Below, in pieces: positions 1 to 12,700 of a DNA stretch of 64,000 nucleotides. The position numbers and the translations under genes are program-made. Where the stretch lies: contig OZ281495.1 in the NCBI GenBank assembly GCA_965637545.1, forward strand, positions 22,940,001 to 23,004,000, in the 5' to 3' direction. The DNA is from Phallusia mammillata (Eukaryota). Each line of letters opens with the position of its first letter. Position 1 is the stretch's first letter. Under the pieces are notes generated by a model that did not search any database, was not told the DNA's origin, and was given only the letters and a program-made list of their open reading frames with translations.

Positions 1-180
1 GTTGGGAATCACTCCAATAAATGATTTTTTTCACCAAAATGTTTGTGTCGGTTTATTAAATGGCCCTCAGCTAAATTAAAAATACAAATTGTGCCCCATT
101 GCGATAAACAGCACGCCCTTCGCCTTCACCCTATCATACCATTAATGTACAACGAAGAGAATATTTTGTTCTATTTTCAG

Positions 181-515
181 AGTGAGATTTAATTTTACCG
201 CAAATCAAAAGAGGCTCTTGTCAATGGCTTCCTTTTTGCTGAGGAGTCGAATTTTATTCAAACATTTAAAAGCTCGTGGAATAGCGGTAAATCAAAGTAT
301 TGCTTTCATTTTATTTCACATCTTTTAATATATTTTATACTTGTCAATTATAGACATATTTATGGGTTTTAAACGAAGAAGAAGATTTTAAAGATGCCTT
401 TGAACTTGGTGCAGAAGGTGTTATGACTGATTGTCCAACCAAGTTATCAACATGGCTAAATGAAAATCCGCAATATTGGATAGGAAAAAGAAACGTTGAA
501 GAACAATTGTCGTAA
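181..515 (+). CDS. GDPD1: Glycerophosphodiester phosphodiesterase GDPD1/GDPD3 (lysophospholipase D), last two coding exons; gene starts upstream of the window
   Basis: Exons 181-286 and 354-515 with GT-AG ends splice to ...RILFKHLKARGIA|TYLWVLNEEEDFKDAFELGAEGVMTDCPTKLSTWL...*, matching the GDPD1 C-terminus (HLTARGIQVYIWVLNEE...FDLGATGVMTDYPTKL). Confidence 0.9.
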
Positions 516-3500
516 CTTTTTTAAGTGCCCCACCTGTTTAAAATGCACCCCTGCCTGATATTTTGTATCAAGTTATATTGTAAGATGTGTTCTTTTGTAC
601 CAGTACGAAGTTCATTTGTTGCAATTAGTGCGCTACCTTCAGTATACAAATTCACTTCGTTTTATGTGTCACGTTTTACCGCTCCTTTGTTCAAAATACT
701 GTGACTCAATTGATTGTTGGCTGACTTTACCTGTGGGATTGACTCTACAAGTTAAGTCAGGTAAAGGGTTAAACACTAAAACTGGCGGTTTTAACGCACT
801 TTTTGAGATTTTGTTTGTTGTCTTTAGTCGCAGTTGTTGCTTGTGATTTTTGCGAACGTAGGTTTTCATGCAATTAGGCAGTGTATCTTGAGTTAAAATT
901 GACAAAGCCGCATACAATTCTCTACGATTGCTGTGATTAATTATGCCCACCAAAGTTTTGAATAAAGTTTACGAAACCTCGTTACCATAAATACGCTTTT
1001 AACTTGTCCTATCATAATATTTATGGTTTATACCGCAAACTTTAGACTGTAGTTGACTATACACTTGCTTGTTTTGCAATGCACTGTTGGTTTTTGGCTT
1101 TTACTGCATTCAATTTTATCGTAATCGACCATTAATTGTGCACACACTTAAAAATTCGCTTGCATTTTTTTGCACACCCGGCCGAAAATAACTACCGCGA
1201 GACGTCGGTAGAGATTATTATAGTGCATCTTTTGAAGGTGGTGCCGAAACTTAGACTTGGTTTGCCGAACTCATTGACATTTGCACTTTGCAGTAGCAAC
1301 CTGTTTTGTATTTATGTTTCTTAAAACTTTTAGCAGTTGGGTTAAGGCCTATCAAGTCAGAAAGCTTGACAAATTTCATTGTTTATGTTTTTTAGTGCAT
1401 CAAAAGGTTTTACAGGAAACTTATTAATTATTATTGTTTGCTTTTCAAAAAACAATTTTAGTAGTACTCCAAAACCAACATAACGTACAGTAGATTTTTT
1501 AAATAGTGCATTGCGATAAGTTGCCAAATATGTCGATATTATGCCGATCTAGCACCAAAGTTGTGCGCGGGGTACGTTTATGTTTCTATTCTTAGGTCGC
1601 AACAGTACAATTCTAAATTGGCGCCTTTACATAATTGATGTCTAATAGATTTACATTCTGCTATTCGCAAGTTGTTTCATGACAAGCGGATACTCAGCAA
1701 CACACAGTTTTGTTTTCAACTGTGGCAAAACTCGCACCGTGACCTACATCGTACTGAGAAGGGTGCTTCCGCCCACTCTTTGCAGCGGCAGCGCAGGCGT
1801 GATCGCACTTTCTAGTTCAGAGGACACGGAACAGCTGACCCAAAAGACAAGCTCCTGTCGACGAGTCACGCTCTGGTGCGCACGATAAGTAGCTAGGGAC
1901 AATAGAACGAAAACGCAACGGCGGGCGGCACACGCCCACGCTCTGGACGCGAATACGTGGGTTGTGCGCAAGGGTTCTTCATTCAGGTGTTTACTTACGC
2001 GCTCGGTCGTTTTCAGCAGTGGTAATCCAAGCCACCGTGTAGTTGTTAACTACTCAGCGATGGTGAACAGTTTGGTTAAAGTTTAAACGCTGCGTGTTTT
2101 GCTTTTCATAAGAGTGCCTGTTGAGCCGCTCAATGAACAAACTATTTAGTTGCCGCAAACAAGACTTGAAACTAGCAGACGAGTCACCGTCCAAACAGCA
2201 AGCAGCGGCATAACATTAGAAATCTGTGCAATTGGCACAAAGGTGATGCGGTGTTGCTCGAGCCTTCTGTCAGTCCAGTCAATAACTAATTACAGACAGC
2301 ATCCACGTGGATGACCCAGGAGACCTCATGAAATTTCAATTCATCGTGCCTGTAACGCAGCTTATTGAAACAGGACAATCAATGTAAACAAAGGATTTTG
2401 TAATTAGCCATACACGTCCCTCCGGACGATTACCAGAGGCGCGAGATTCTCTCTGTTTTCTAGGTAGGACCTGGCATGAAATAAATCGATGTGCTATTGA
2501 TGTCTATGGAAAAACAGGGTTTTTAGGGGGTTGTCTGTATATAGTGACCGCAATATTATTTTACTATATGGCGTTAATATAGCGTCCACTTAAGTGGAGA
2601 TCTGGCGTCCGCGAGCAGATGGTCGCGTACTTAATATAAGGGGGCGATAAGAACCGTTGAAAAGTAATCTGGTAAACAGGTCCAGTTTCCACTTATCACT
2701 GCTTACGAATATGAAAAAGGTAATGAAAGCTATCCAAAACAACTAGCGGCTGACCGAAGTTCTGTAAAGTGCAGACACAACCGGCGTGTGGACGCTCATC
2801 GACTGGTACACAGGCACTTTTGAGGGCTAGGTTTCAATAGCACATTTATTGATGTACGACTGCTGGGCGCTATACGAACCTTTATGTTGTTAGATACGTA
2901 ACGCGTTTGATGCATTTTCAATAAACAAATCTAGGTCATAATAAAAAAGTTGCAGCCCTACAACTGCGACAAGGGGCCATAAAAGAGGTATGACACTACA
3001 TTGGAAACAAAGACCATTGTGCGCCGCATCATTGCCCGTTACAGGCGAGAAGAACTTTCTCTTTTTCGCCTTTTTTCGTCGGCTATTAGTTCTCCGCTCC
3101 AGCGAGAAACTGTTCATTAGTTCAGACAATGAAACGAATCAACTTAGAACGCAGTTCGGAGGAAATGTGTGCTAAGATTATCCCCAGCTTTTCTTGTTGA
3201 TTAGAAGATTTACTTTGGGCGTCGAAAGTATAGCTGTACTTGCCAAACCACTTTACTGCAAAGGACAGAAGACGAAGTAAGGTATTGCGGAATGTTCAAA
3301 TATTAGCAAAGCTACAATGTAAACATTACGCAAAGGTATTGTTTTGTGAGTTGCGACAGCCAGCATAGCGCAATAGTTTGCAGTGCTTAGGAACAGAATA
3401 TGTTCAATGTGTAAATTAAAATAGTGGAGTTACCGCGTTTATCAAAGGAAGACAATAGTTTGGCGTTAAGGAAACAGTAGCTTGTTTGTAAATTTTACAC

Positions 3501-3728
3501 AGTTGCAACCAGTGCCTCATTCTAAAAATAGGAATGTCGATTTGCCTTCTGATCTTTAAATTATCTAACTGAAAATATTGACAGATTCTGAAAAGTGTAT
3601 TAGAATAAAAAGTGCAATCCTACAAGTTTACTCTGTGTTTCAGGATTAAGGTCATCTGTAATTCTGTATAACACACTAAGCTTTTTCGAATTGCTTGAGA
3701 ACGAACCTCGTGTTTCCGTCGTTGAAAC

Positions 3729-6700
3729 ATGCCTGGTTATCAAACAAAGTTTGTCGATAAGGTCCGCAAGCGACATCAGTGTCCGTTATGTCATCTCCCT
3801 ATGCGAGATCCAGTACAGATAACGACTTGCAGACATCGCTACTGCGACACTTGCCTGCAAAACTTTCTCGGGTAAGTGACATCATAATATTTATTGTTCT
3901 ATCTTTAGATCTGTGGTTGACTGTGTTGCATTAAGTTTAGTTTTGAAAAAGAAGAAACATGTAGCCTACTCGATTTTGTAAACCTTTATAGCGCACATGC
4001 AAAGCGATTTGTATTTTGCCTAATGTACAACCGGCCAACAATTGGAATGTGCATTGTGAATGAGGGCCTCTGAGTTGATAAGTGACGATTCACTTTTTTG
4101 CGGTTACATTTCCATTTATGCGTACCACGCACCGGTTGTGCCCGAGGAATGCAGCTGCCCACTGTGCATGAGGACTTGCTCGTAAAACGCGAAGTGAGCA
4201 AACGTCCTGAACGAATCGCCCGGAGTGGTTTTGCGGATAAAGCTACACATTTCGGTATTGACCTGACTCCACTCAACACGCACCATATCCGCGTGTCCAT
4301 TGAAACCTGCACTTGTCGACAGCCGCATTGGGCTACAATAACAAACCGTGTCCAACACGATTGGGTCTCCGACTCATCCGACATTAAAAATTGGTCACTT
4401 TTCCCAACGCAGATGCGTTGTGATTGTTGTCTGCAGCCTGGAGGGCTTCGGCGAACGGCCGACCAGGAATGCCTTTGTTGAAATTCAAAACGTCACATTC
4501 GATACTTGTATCTGGGTTGAAACTTTAGCTTGTTTTCACAAATGCAAACACTTTTGCTTTCTTAGTCCGCTTTTGAGCGGCACTATCCCGGTGCGCTAAA
4601 AAATGCAGTCTTTCATTGCTTTTTTGGTTTTGTTGATAAATTCCTCGACTGACGTGAAAGGTGAAAGTTATGCAGATATGTCATATGTGCCTTCCACGTC
4701 GGCGTTAAAGCCAAAGACATTTTGCAAAAAATGTCAGTGGTCCACATAAAACGCGTTCTCTCTGATGTTAACGCTTATCTTAAAATTAAAAATTAGTCAT
4801 TGCCCTTGCGATTACACAAAAAAAAACAGGGGTGTACATTTATCGAATGTTTGGGTATTTAAGTTCACATTAAACTTTGAAACACGTGTATGTCAATGAG
4901 TCAACGGCGCGTATCTGAATAATCTCTCAAGGCTGTGGGAAAACGGGATAAGTTGGTCCTCGCGACTGGCAAGTATCAGCTTACATAACAAATCAACTAT
5001 GTGTGTGTTGGATTCACACGAGCCACAAGCGTTTGTATGCGGCGTGGGAAGCTTACCTTCTGATGTTAACGTTGTCTGTTCCGCCCATACCTGTTACGAC
5101 ATTTCTGACATTAAGTGGATTGCGATATGGATTGGGTGTTAACATGATCCTGCTTTCCCATGCAAGTTGGGCAATCTGTTCAGCGATAAGAGCCTATTTA
5201 AAACTTCCTGTCACACTCATGAGCAAATCTTCCAACGAAGTCGTTTTCGTCCCCATTTTTTAAACCGTTACATCTTTCGAGTATCCACTGCCCCGTGTGA
5301 TTAATTCAGATCTGTCAACAACCATTTACGTGGGGTTTCCAACAGTCGAAGCTGATGTTAATAGTGAGGTGTATTGCAAACATTTCCATGTATTATCCAC
5401 AGGATCTGTTGGTATTCACATGTCTCGGCAACGTAAATGCGACACTGTTTCTATTCATTTAGAAGTTGTAAAGTGTGATTGTGACCTTTGTCAAAGAACA
5501 GTGGGTGTGAGAGCATTGTGTTAATCACCGCCTTTTGCGTTAATGAATTCCGTCCTTTTGCCTTGATGTTTCGTTGTCGTTTTGACGACGGACACCAACA
5601 CAAAGATAGTTTCACACGTAATGGCCAAAGTGCTATGATCGCGCAACGAGAATCGCGGCGTCGCTTAATAAGAGGTCTACCAGCTTTTCGTTTACGAGCA
5701 CTCGTTTTCGAGAGCAATTTGATCGCGGTGAGCTGTTAATTAACGAACTCAACACTTTTCCGAACAAGTTGTCCTTACAAGCTTTGCTGTTTGACGTTTC
5801 AACGACTTTTGGAGCCGCTTGGCATTTGCCAAACACCGCTGACGTAAAAGTCGCGTCGCCTACTGGCTAAGTCTGGCCTACTGCAGGTTCAAAGGTCAAT
5901 GGGTTCCGTAGCGAAGGAAGCACGGTGATTCTAGCTGGAGCAGTGACTTAAACACCAAGAACGCGGAACGAACCAAACCGCTGGGTTGATATTTGAACGC
6001 TGAATCATACATTGATATGTGGTCTTTATTAAACCTTTCTCAAACACCTGTTTCCAAGTTGGTGGGCACGCATTCGCTTATCGCAAACATTATAAGTTTC
6101 GGTAAACATAAATCTTGTTCTCTCCCAAGTGAACCAACACTTGGTTTTTCAGCTTTTAAGCATGTGTTATAGGTTTATTTATAGACTACAGATGCATATG
6201 CTATATGAATGGCAACATTGTGGACGATATTTTGTGTTGCTGTGTTGATGTTTCCGCACTAAGTAACGCTTCGTTGCCAAACGGCTCGCCATGATGCTTT
6301 GAAACTTAACCTGTATTCGTTCTAACACAAATACATACAAAGTGTCGAAATAGTTCCCCTTGAACAAGTCATTGTACGCTGCTGTATCCCTTGTCACGGG
6401 CTAATGCTTCTCTGAAACATCAGGTGCACTTGCGTTTAAAGTTCAGTGGATTGTGGTATTGAAAATACCGATGGATTTTACTTCCATAGTTGGTTTTGAT
6501 ATTTACGCGTTTTTGGGGCTGTTGCTGCAAACCGTTAGACCAGAAGATTGGGCAAACAAACTTTTTTCACCATAACCTTTCGCAGGGTTATCGTATCGAC
6601 ATATAGTTACAAAGAAAGCTTGCCCGTAGCATGGCGAGTAGCGCTTGACAAATTGTCTCCCAACTGAGGGGTAACAACCGTAAAAATCATAATCGCACTC

Positions 6701-9700
6701 TGATTGGGTTCTGAATAGTTTTGAAGACCGAAGGGTTTGTTTTCCTACGTTGTGTTAATCCGCGAGTGACGCGACAACTCGACCGTCAAAATCCGATTAA
6801 AAAGGTTAAACGGCCTAAAATTGGCCTCAATCTGAAACATGTGCCGCTCATAAATATCGACGCGTTTGTCAAGGCCTCTGCGCGGAAGATCGTGAGAAAA
6901 CTTAGCGGCACGTAAAGCACCACAATGAGCATGCCTGGGTAAAATCGGGGTATGAAAGAGGCGATTTATTTTTAACAATAAAAATGTTTGGTTTGATTTG
7001 GATTGTGACGCGTATCTAAGTTGTGTACAATGACTGGCGACCGTCTGCCAGTCTCATCGGCATCCCGTTCGCTTTGGGTTACGGATACTCGGTCACGTGA
7101 TCACCCTGTCTTGCCGATGAGGCGACGTAATCTCAGCGAAGGTTTTGTTTCTCGTCCAGTGTGACGTCAAAACTCCATTGTCTCCCGGCTTCCGATGTCG
7201 CGATGATAGAAGTTGATGAACGCCGTCGGGGCGCGAAGTTTGTTTGAGCTATAGATCTACCAGGGAATATTTTGAGCTTGGCGACGACCAGTCAATTGTC
7301 GACCAGCCAAACTTTCGCACCATAGGAAACCTAAGCGCTCCCATAAGCATTCCTCCCCAATGACGGGCCTTTGCTACTATAAGTGTGAAGTAATGCCAAA
7401 TTTGGTCGCATTATAAAGGTCAGCAACGCCTAGCTAAACTTCAAACGAATGATTTCGTTAGCTTCAAGTAGACGAAGTTTTCAACGTGGAAAAGTAGTAA
7501 ACATTAATTTAGATCAGAATGTTCGTGGAACGCATGCATGGTGGAGGCCGTGATCGGATTATTGCTGTTCAAACTTTGTTTAAATCGTTTCGGAGTAAAA
7601 TCCGATGTTTGCGTTACGCCGATGGAAGTGGTGCAGATGCATTAGGCACAAAGCGCGCGCGAGGCACGTGGATTGGATTAAGGTCGATTGGCGAGCAATG
7701 GGTGCTCTTCTAGCTGTGATGTTTAGTGATGTTGAAGGACGCGCGCTAAAACAAACGTTCTTGGACCGTAAAATTACTCGCGCTTTGATGAAAAGATAGC
7801 GCCAATAGGCCTGCTGCTTTTAAGCCAGTGTACAAAGAAACGTGTAAGTAATACCGAACCATTGACCTGCTACAACGTTTGTAACCTACATTTCCCGTTG
7901 TCAACGTTCACTTTCGCCAAAGATTACTTAAAGGGGGCGACGTTTCCTGTTTACAATACAGGCACAGCGTGGCATATTTTTCGTTGCCTACTTGGTCACC
8001 CTTTCTACCTGAAGGATTTTCTTGCTTTTTGCCACTATCTAATGGCGTGACAAACAAGAAATTAAACTCAAACGGCGGCCGCAAACGATTTGTAAGGTTA
8101 CAACCGCAGTCAACAAAAGGTCACAAGAGGTGCGAAGGGCACTTTGTAAGAGAAAAAACGAAGTAAGGGGTGTTTCGCACCTGCAGGTTTATCTTTGGGC
8201 GTCTTAACTTGTCACGATATATCACACCGACGTAAAACCGAAACCCAAGCTGAACATCGGGACTGTGAGCTTGATCTTGTTTTTGTCAAATCAGCAATTT
8301 GGAGATTGTATAAGAAGGTTGTGCTTTCATCCCAGCTTTCGTCTGTATAAGGCGCTGCGTTAAGGCCGCGAAATGAAAACCGAGGATTAATCATCCTGCA
8401 ATTTAACACGAAGGGCGTGCAAATGTGCCGCGCGATAAATATTAATGCAGAAGCAGGAAAACCGATCCTGCGGCACACACCGCTATATAATTTCACCGAT
8501 AAGCGGCCACCGCGGGTATTATCTCCGTTTGATTGCGGTTCGATAAATTAGCAACTTGATCCCCTTGTGTGTCACTCAACCGTCATCCTGCGTGTTTATT
8601 GCGCCTCGATACGCTATCGAGATCGTCGCGATTCCACATAACGGCCTGAGGCGATGGTATAGCTGTAACTGTTACTGATCCGAAAGTAATAATTCTTTAA
8701 CGATATTTTATCGCCAGTGCACGGGTGAAGTATGATTACGTAGGTGTATCAACTTATTTACTATAGGATGTAGTTTCAATCTAGCATTAGCGCTTTGCTC
8801 GTCCAGTCGGTGACAATGTATCGCTGGTGTGTTTGTAAACATCGCCTCCTCGTGTAATTTACAATGTCCGAAATGAGTGGGAGAAACTTATTTCTAGCGA
8901 CAATTATGGTAAACAGACGAAAGGTTTGCCTGGTGAGCTTGCGGGGGTGTGTTACAACCGAACACGTAGTAGTTTGAAAAATCAAACAAATCTCCCTGTC
9001 ATACTTCCGTCATAGCAAAGATTATTTTAAAGGCCACTGTTGTCGCAATGACGTTATTTCTAGTCATAAGTAGGGCGTTTGCCTATGTTTTACCTGAACT
9101 GGATAACGAGTGAGAAGGCCTCATTGGTTTCCTTAGAAAACCAATCATCCTATCCGATTTCGTTAAGTGGCAGTAGGAATGCTTTGTGTATTTTCGTTGC
9201 CCGGCTCGGGTTTAATAACGAGGTACATACCCCGACCGACACCGCAGATCATTCAGCCGTAGGGCATTGCAGCTTCTGCGGTGGTTAACATTAAATAAAC
9301 TTTAACACGAAATATTTTGACTTGAATCAGATTTCAAATATGTACTGCGTGAAAAAATGTAAATGGAAAGCCGTGTTTTTTGAAAGTCATGTATACAAAA
9401 CATTTCCACATCTGGATTAAATATACCTTTGTTCTCGGGCTATATCTGCATACCTCATCGGTGACTTACGTAAACTATTGTGAATGCGACAGCGTGCAAT
9501 TTAGCCGGCTTGAGATCGGAGACAAAGCGACGGCAGAAGTGCACCGCACCATATAAGGGTGCCGAATTACAACCGGACAAACCACCGAATTAGCCAACCA
9601 AATTTGCTTGGCTGTAGCCCGGAATTAAATCGCAACTGAAGACGATTAACCACTTCACACGATCTCTTTGCGCACATTACACACGTTTGCGGTTGGTTAG

Positions 9701-12700
9701 ACTTTAAATATTACAGCTTTCAGTGGGTAACGCTGATAGTTAACATAAAGATCATAAACGTTACAAAAAAAGAAACAATAATTAGAACGTGCACAATTCT
9801 AGAAATCCTATGGTGAAATTGTGAAAATTAGTTGTCTGTTCTGACATGGCAAAGTTTTGGCGTTCGTTGTGGACTTTAGTACAGGTGTATCGTAGCTTGA
9901 GAAAGTGGAAGGTTTCGGTTCGTTATGGCAGCTTATGAGCTACTAGAGCAGTGTGGTGTTAGCAAAATTATAATCTTTTAATGAAACGTCGTTCGGCGAA
10001 AAGCAATCACCGAAATCCTTCGCTCGCTTTGTTCAGCGCGTACCTGCGCCAGTGTAATCCCAGCCGCTGGTCGTGAACCGGATTTTCGCGCTTGTTTTCT
10101 GATGCGACAACAACACGAGATGCGTCATTCCGGCGCTCGGTTGGCGAGGCCGAGATAAAGTTGTTAGAAAATCTCCCAGTAGATGTTTTTTGACCTAAAA
10201 GAACCGAAAAAACAAGCTTCGAAAGTTTTCACTGACGTTCGTGCTCTTTATTAGTGATTAAATCGATCGACATCGAGGGTTTATTCACCAGCAGCCTGAG
10301 TCATCATGTGCGTCTTCCTTGCACAAGTCGTTGACTAATTAGGGGGTCAAGTACACTACAAAGTTCGTTAACGCTGGTGGCAACAAAGGAGAAAAGCTCG
10401 CCTGCTCTTGATTGATACACGAATGTTTGTTTTGTAGGGAGTCGACACATTCCGTGTAATTGTAACCGCCGCGCTGACAATACGCGATGTGTGTACATTC
10501 GTACGACGTTTGTCTGGGACGCCCAACTTCACACTGTGTATTGTGCTATTCGTGTCGTTGCAATATTGACGTTTTCCTTGACAAATTATTATACTATCAT
10601 GGTTAAATCGCGGTCTAAAACCTTTGACAATTACATAACGCAGCGGGTTACCGCTTGGCTTAATTCAGACATGCCCAGGCAAGCCCATGACGCCAATAAA
10701 CCAATATGCAGTGAACGTGAAAATTCTTTCAAATTACGTCATATTTTATTTGACTGATTAAAATTTGATTGACGGTCGGTTGTCTAATTATTAATCGAAT
10801 ATTGTTTTCTTTTCAGGGAAGGAGTTTTTAATTGCCCTGTTGACCACCTTTCACTGGATTATGCAAAGGTAAGATTTGTTTTTCTTCTTTACACTTTTAA
10901 GCATAAGCAAACAAACCTATTCGATGTCCACGAAAGTTCCATATTAAAAGCGCTTTTTGATGTAAGCTCATGACACGAAAGACATTAATCTATTTTCTCC
11001 GACAATGAACGCTAAATTGCAAGTTACGACAAGATAAGTCAAAAACGTAATAAGGTTATCACTGCTAAGCATGATGGTTCTCGAAGAATGTTGTCGTTTC
11101 AAACACAGTCAGCGGTATCTGAAAACCTGGCCGTCCGCCCATGCAAATTTGCACCTGCTAATTTTCGGATTGACCATCGCCCAGTAGTGTTGACAAGTGC
11201 CGTTTGGGTGAAATGAAACAAGGGTAAGGCTCTAAAATCCGCCGTCAACACAGACTTCTGCGGTGTTGGCTTACCGTGCCCGTTTTCCCATAACCCCAAG
11301 ACAGACATTACAACAAGAATGTGTGGTTGTCACCGCGGCTCCCACACTGCTAGAAGTCATGCACGTGGCTATGGTATAAGGGTGAATGGTGCAATTCTGA
11401 GGAAACCGGTTTTTGCATGCATGGAGAGGCCTCGACAACGCGCTGCTTAAAACCTAGATCGCCTATCCAAATTTAGAAAACGAACCTTCTTATCTGAGAA
11501 CATTTTCGTTCACTGAACTGTGTCAAATATGGGAGCTTAGTAGGGACGTGACCTTGCAAAGTAATTTTCGTGTTGCCAATTGTAGCGAGTTGCCGACGTT
11601 AAGTCGCCTTTCAGTCGATGATAAACTGTTTTCGTGGCAGACGAGATCTGTGTGTGGTTGCTAAGTACCAAAGGCGAAGGTTAGTTCGTTAGCGTTTCGG
11701 CATAACGCGGTTAACGTTCTCCATCATCTTGCCTTTAGAGTTGTTTAAACCGTTTGTTGTGTGTTGCTCGGTCGGTTAATTTTATTGGAATGTACTGTAG
11801 AAAAAAAAATATGTTAAGTTTTGTTACGAGTTTCAAATTTAAACCCAGGACGCCCCCGCGAATAATTTATGCCATGGGTTACCCACCTTTTATAGGATTC
11901 TAACCAAAGCACTCCCACTCCTACCTCAAAAACAATTTGAAGAAAATCCAAACCTACGACTTTTAGTGTAAAATGTCAAGTTGGGTGATACACAAGTGCC
12001 GGTGATTTGTTCTCAACGACAATACCTTGCGATTGGAGCGTAAACTCTGCGTGGGATCTCGAAAGGTTTTGGTCTTGACGCATACCAAGACCCGCCAGTC
12101 GCGATTACACGCACTGGTGACTTGCTGACTACTGGCCGTCAGTTGTGCGTCTCCGGACGTCATATTGAACGATTGTGGCGCAATAAAAGTTTTTTTGCCA
12201 AATGGCGCAAGACTTCTAGAATCTAAATCTCGTATCTTACGATAACATCAAGATTTTTTCCCTGTATTTTCTGGAAAATGTGCAGTGCATAAACTGGTGG
12301 TACAACTTTTGCGCAACAAAGCGGTTTATTAAAGTCACATTACATAACTGCTTTTGACGTTGACTTAATATGTAATGAATTGAAGTGGCAGTTCACTAAC
12401 ATGTAAAAAATAAGACCAGTTTGGGCGCAAGCGTCCCAGGAATGTCTCCAGTAAACGCCAGCAGGTGTCAGGCGCGCTCGCACATTCTCACAAATATTTA
12501 CCTTCACCATTCGGCGAGAGAATAATTTATCTGCCGGATCTAATTTTCGATTAGCAGTGCAGAATTAAATATCAAAGACCCGCGCCTTTGTTTATGTTTA
12601 AATTCATCGCGGTGCCATATGCCGCGGCTCGCTTCTAAAACAGAATCGACCCGAATTGCATTAAAGCCGGCCTCGTTGTAGAATTCTGATTGTCAGTAGG

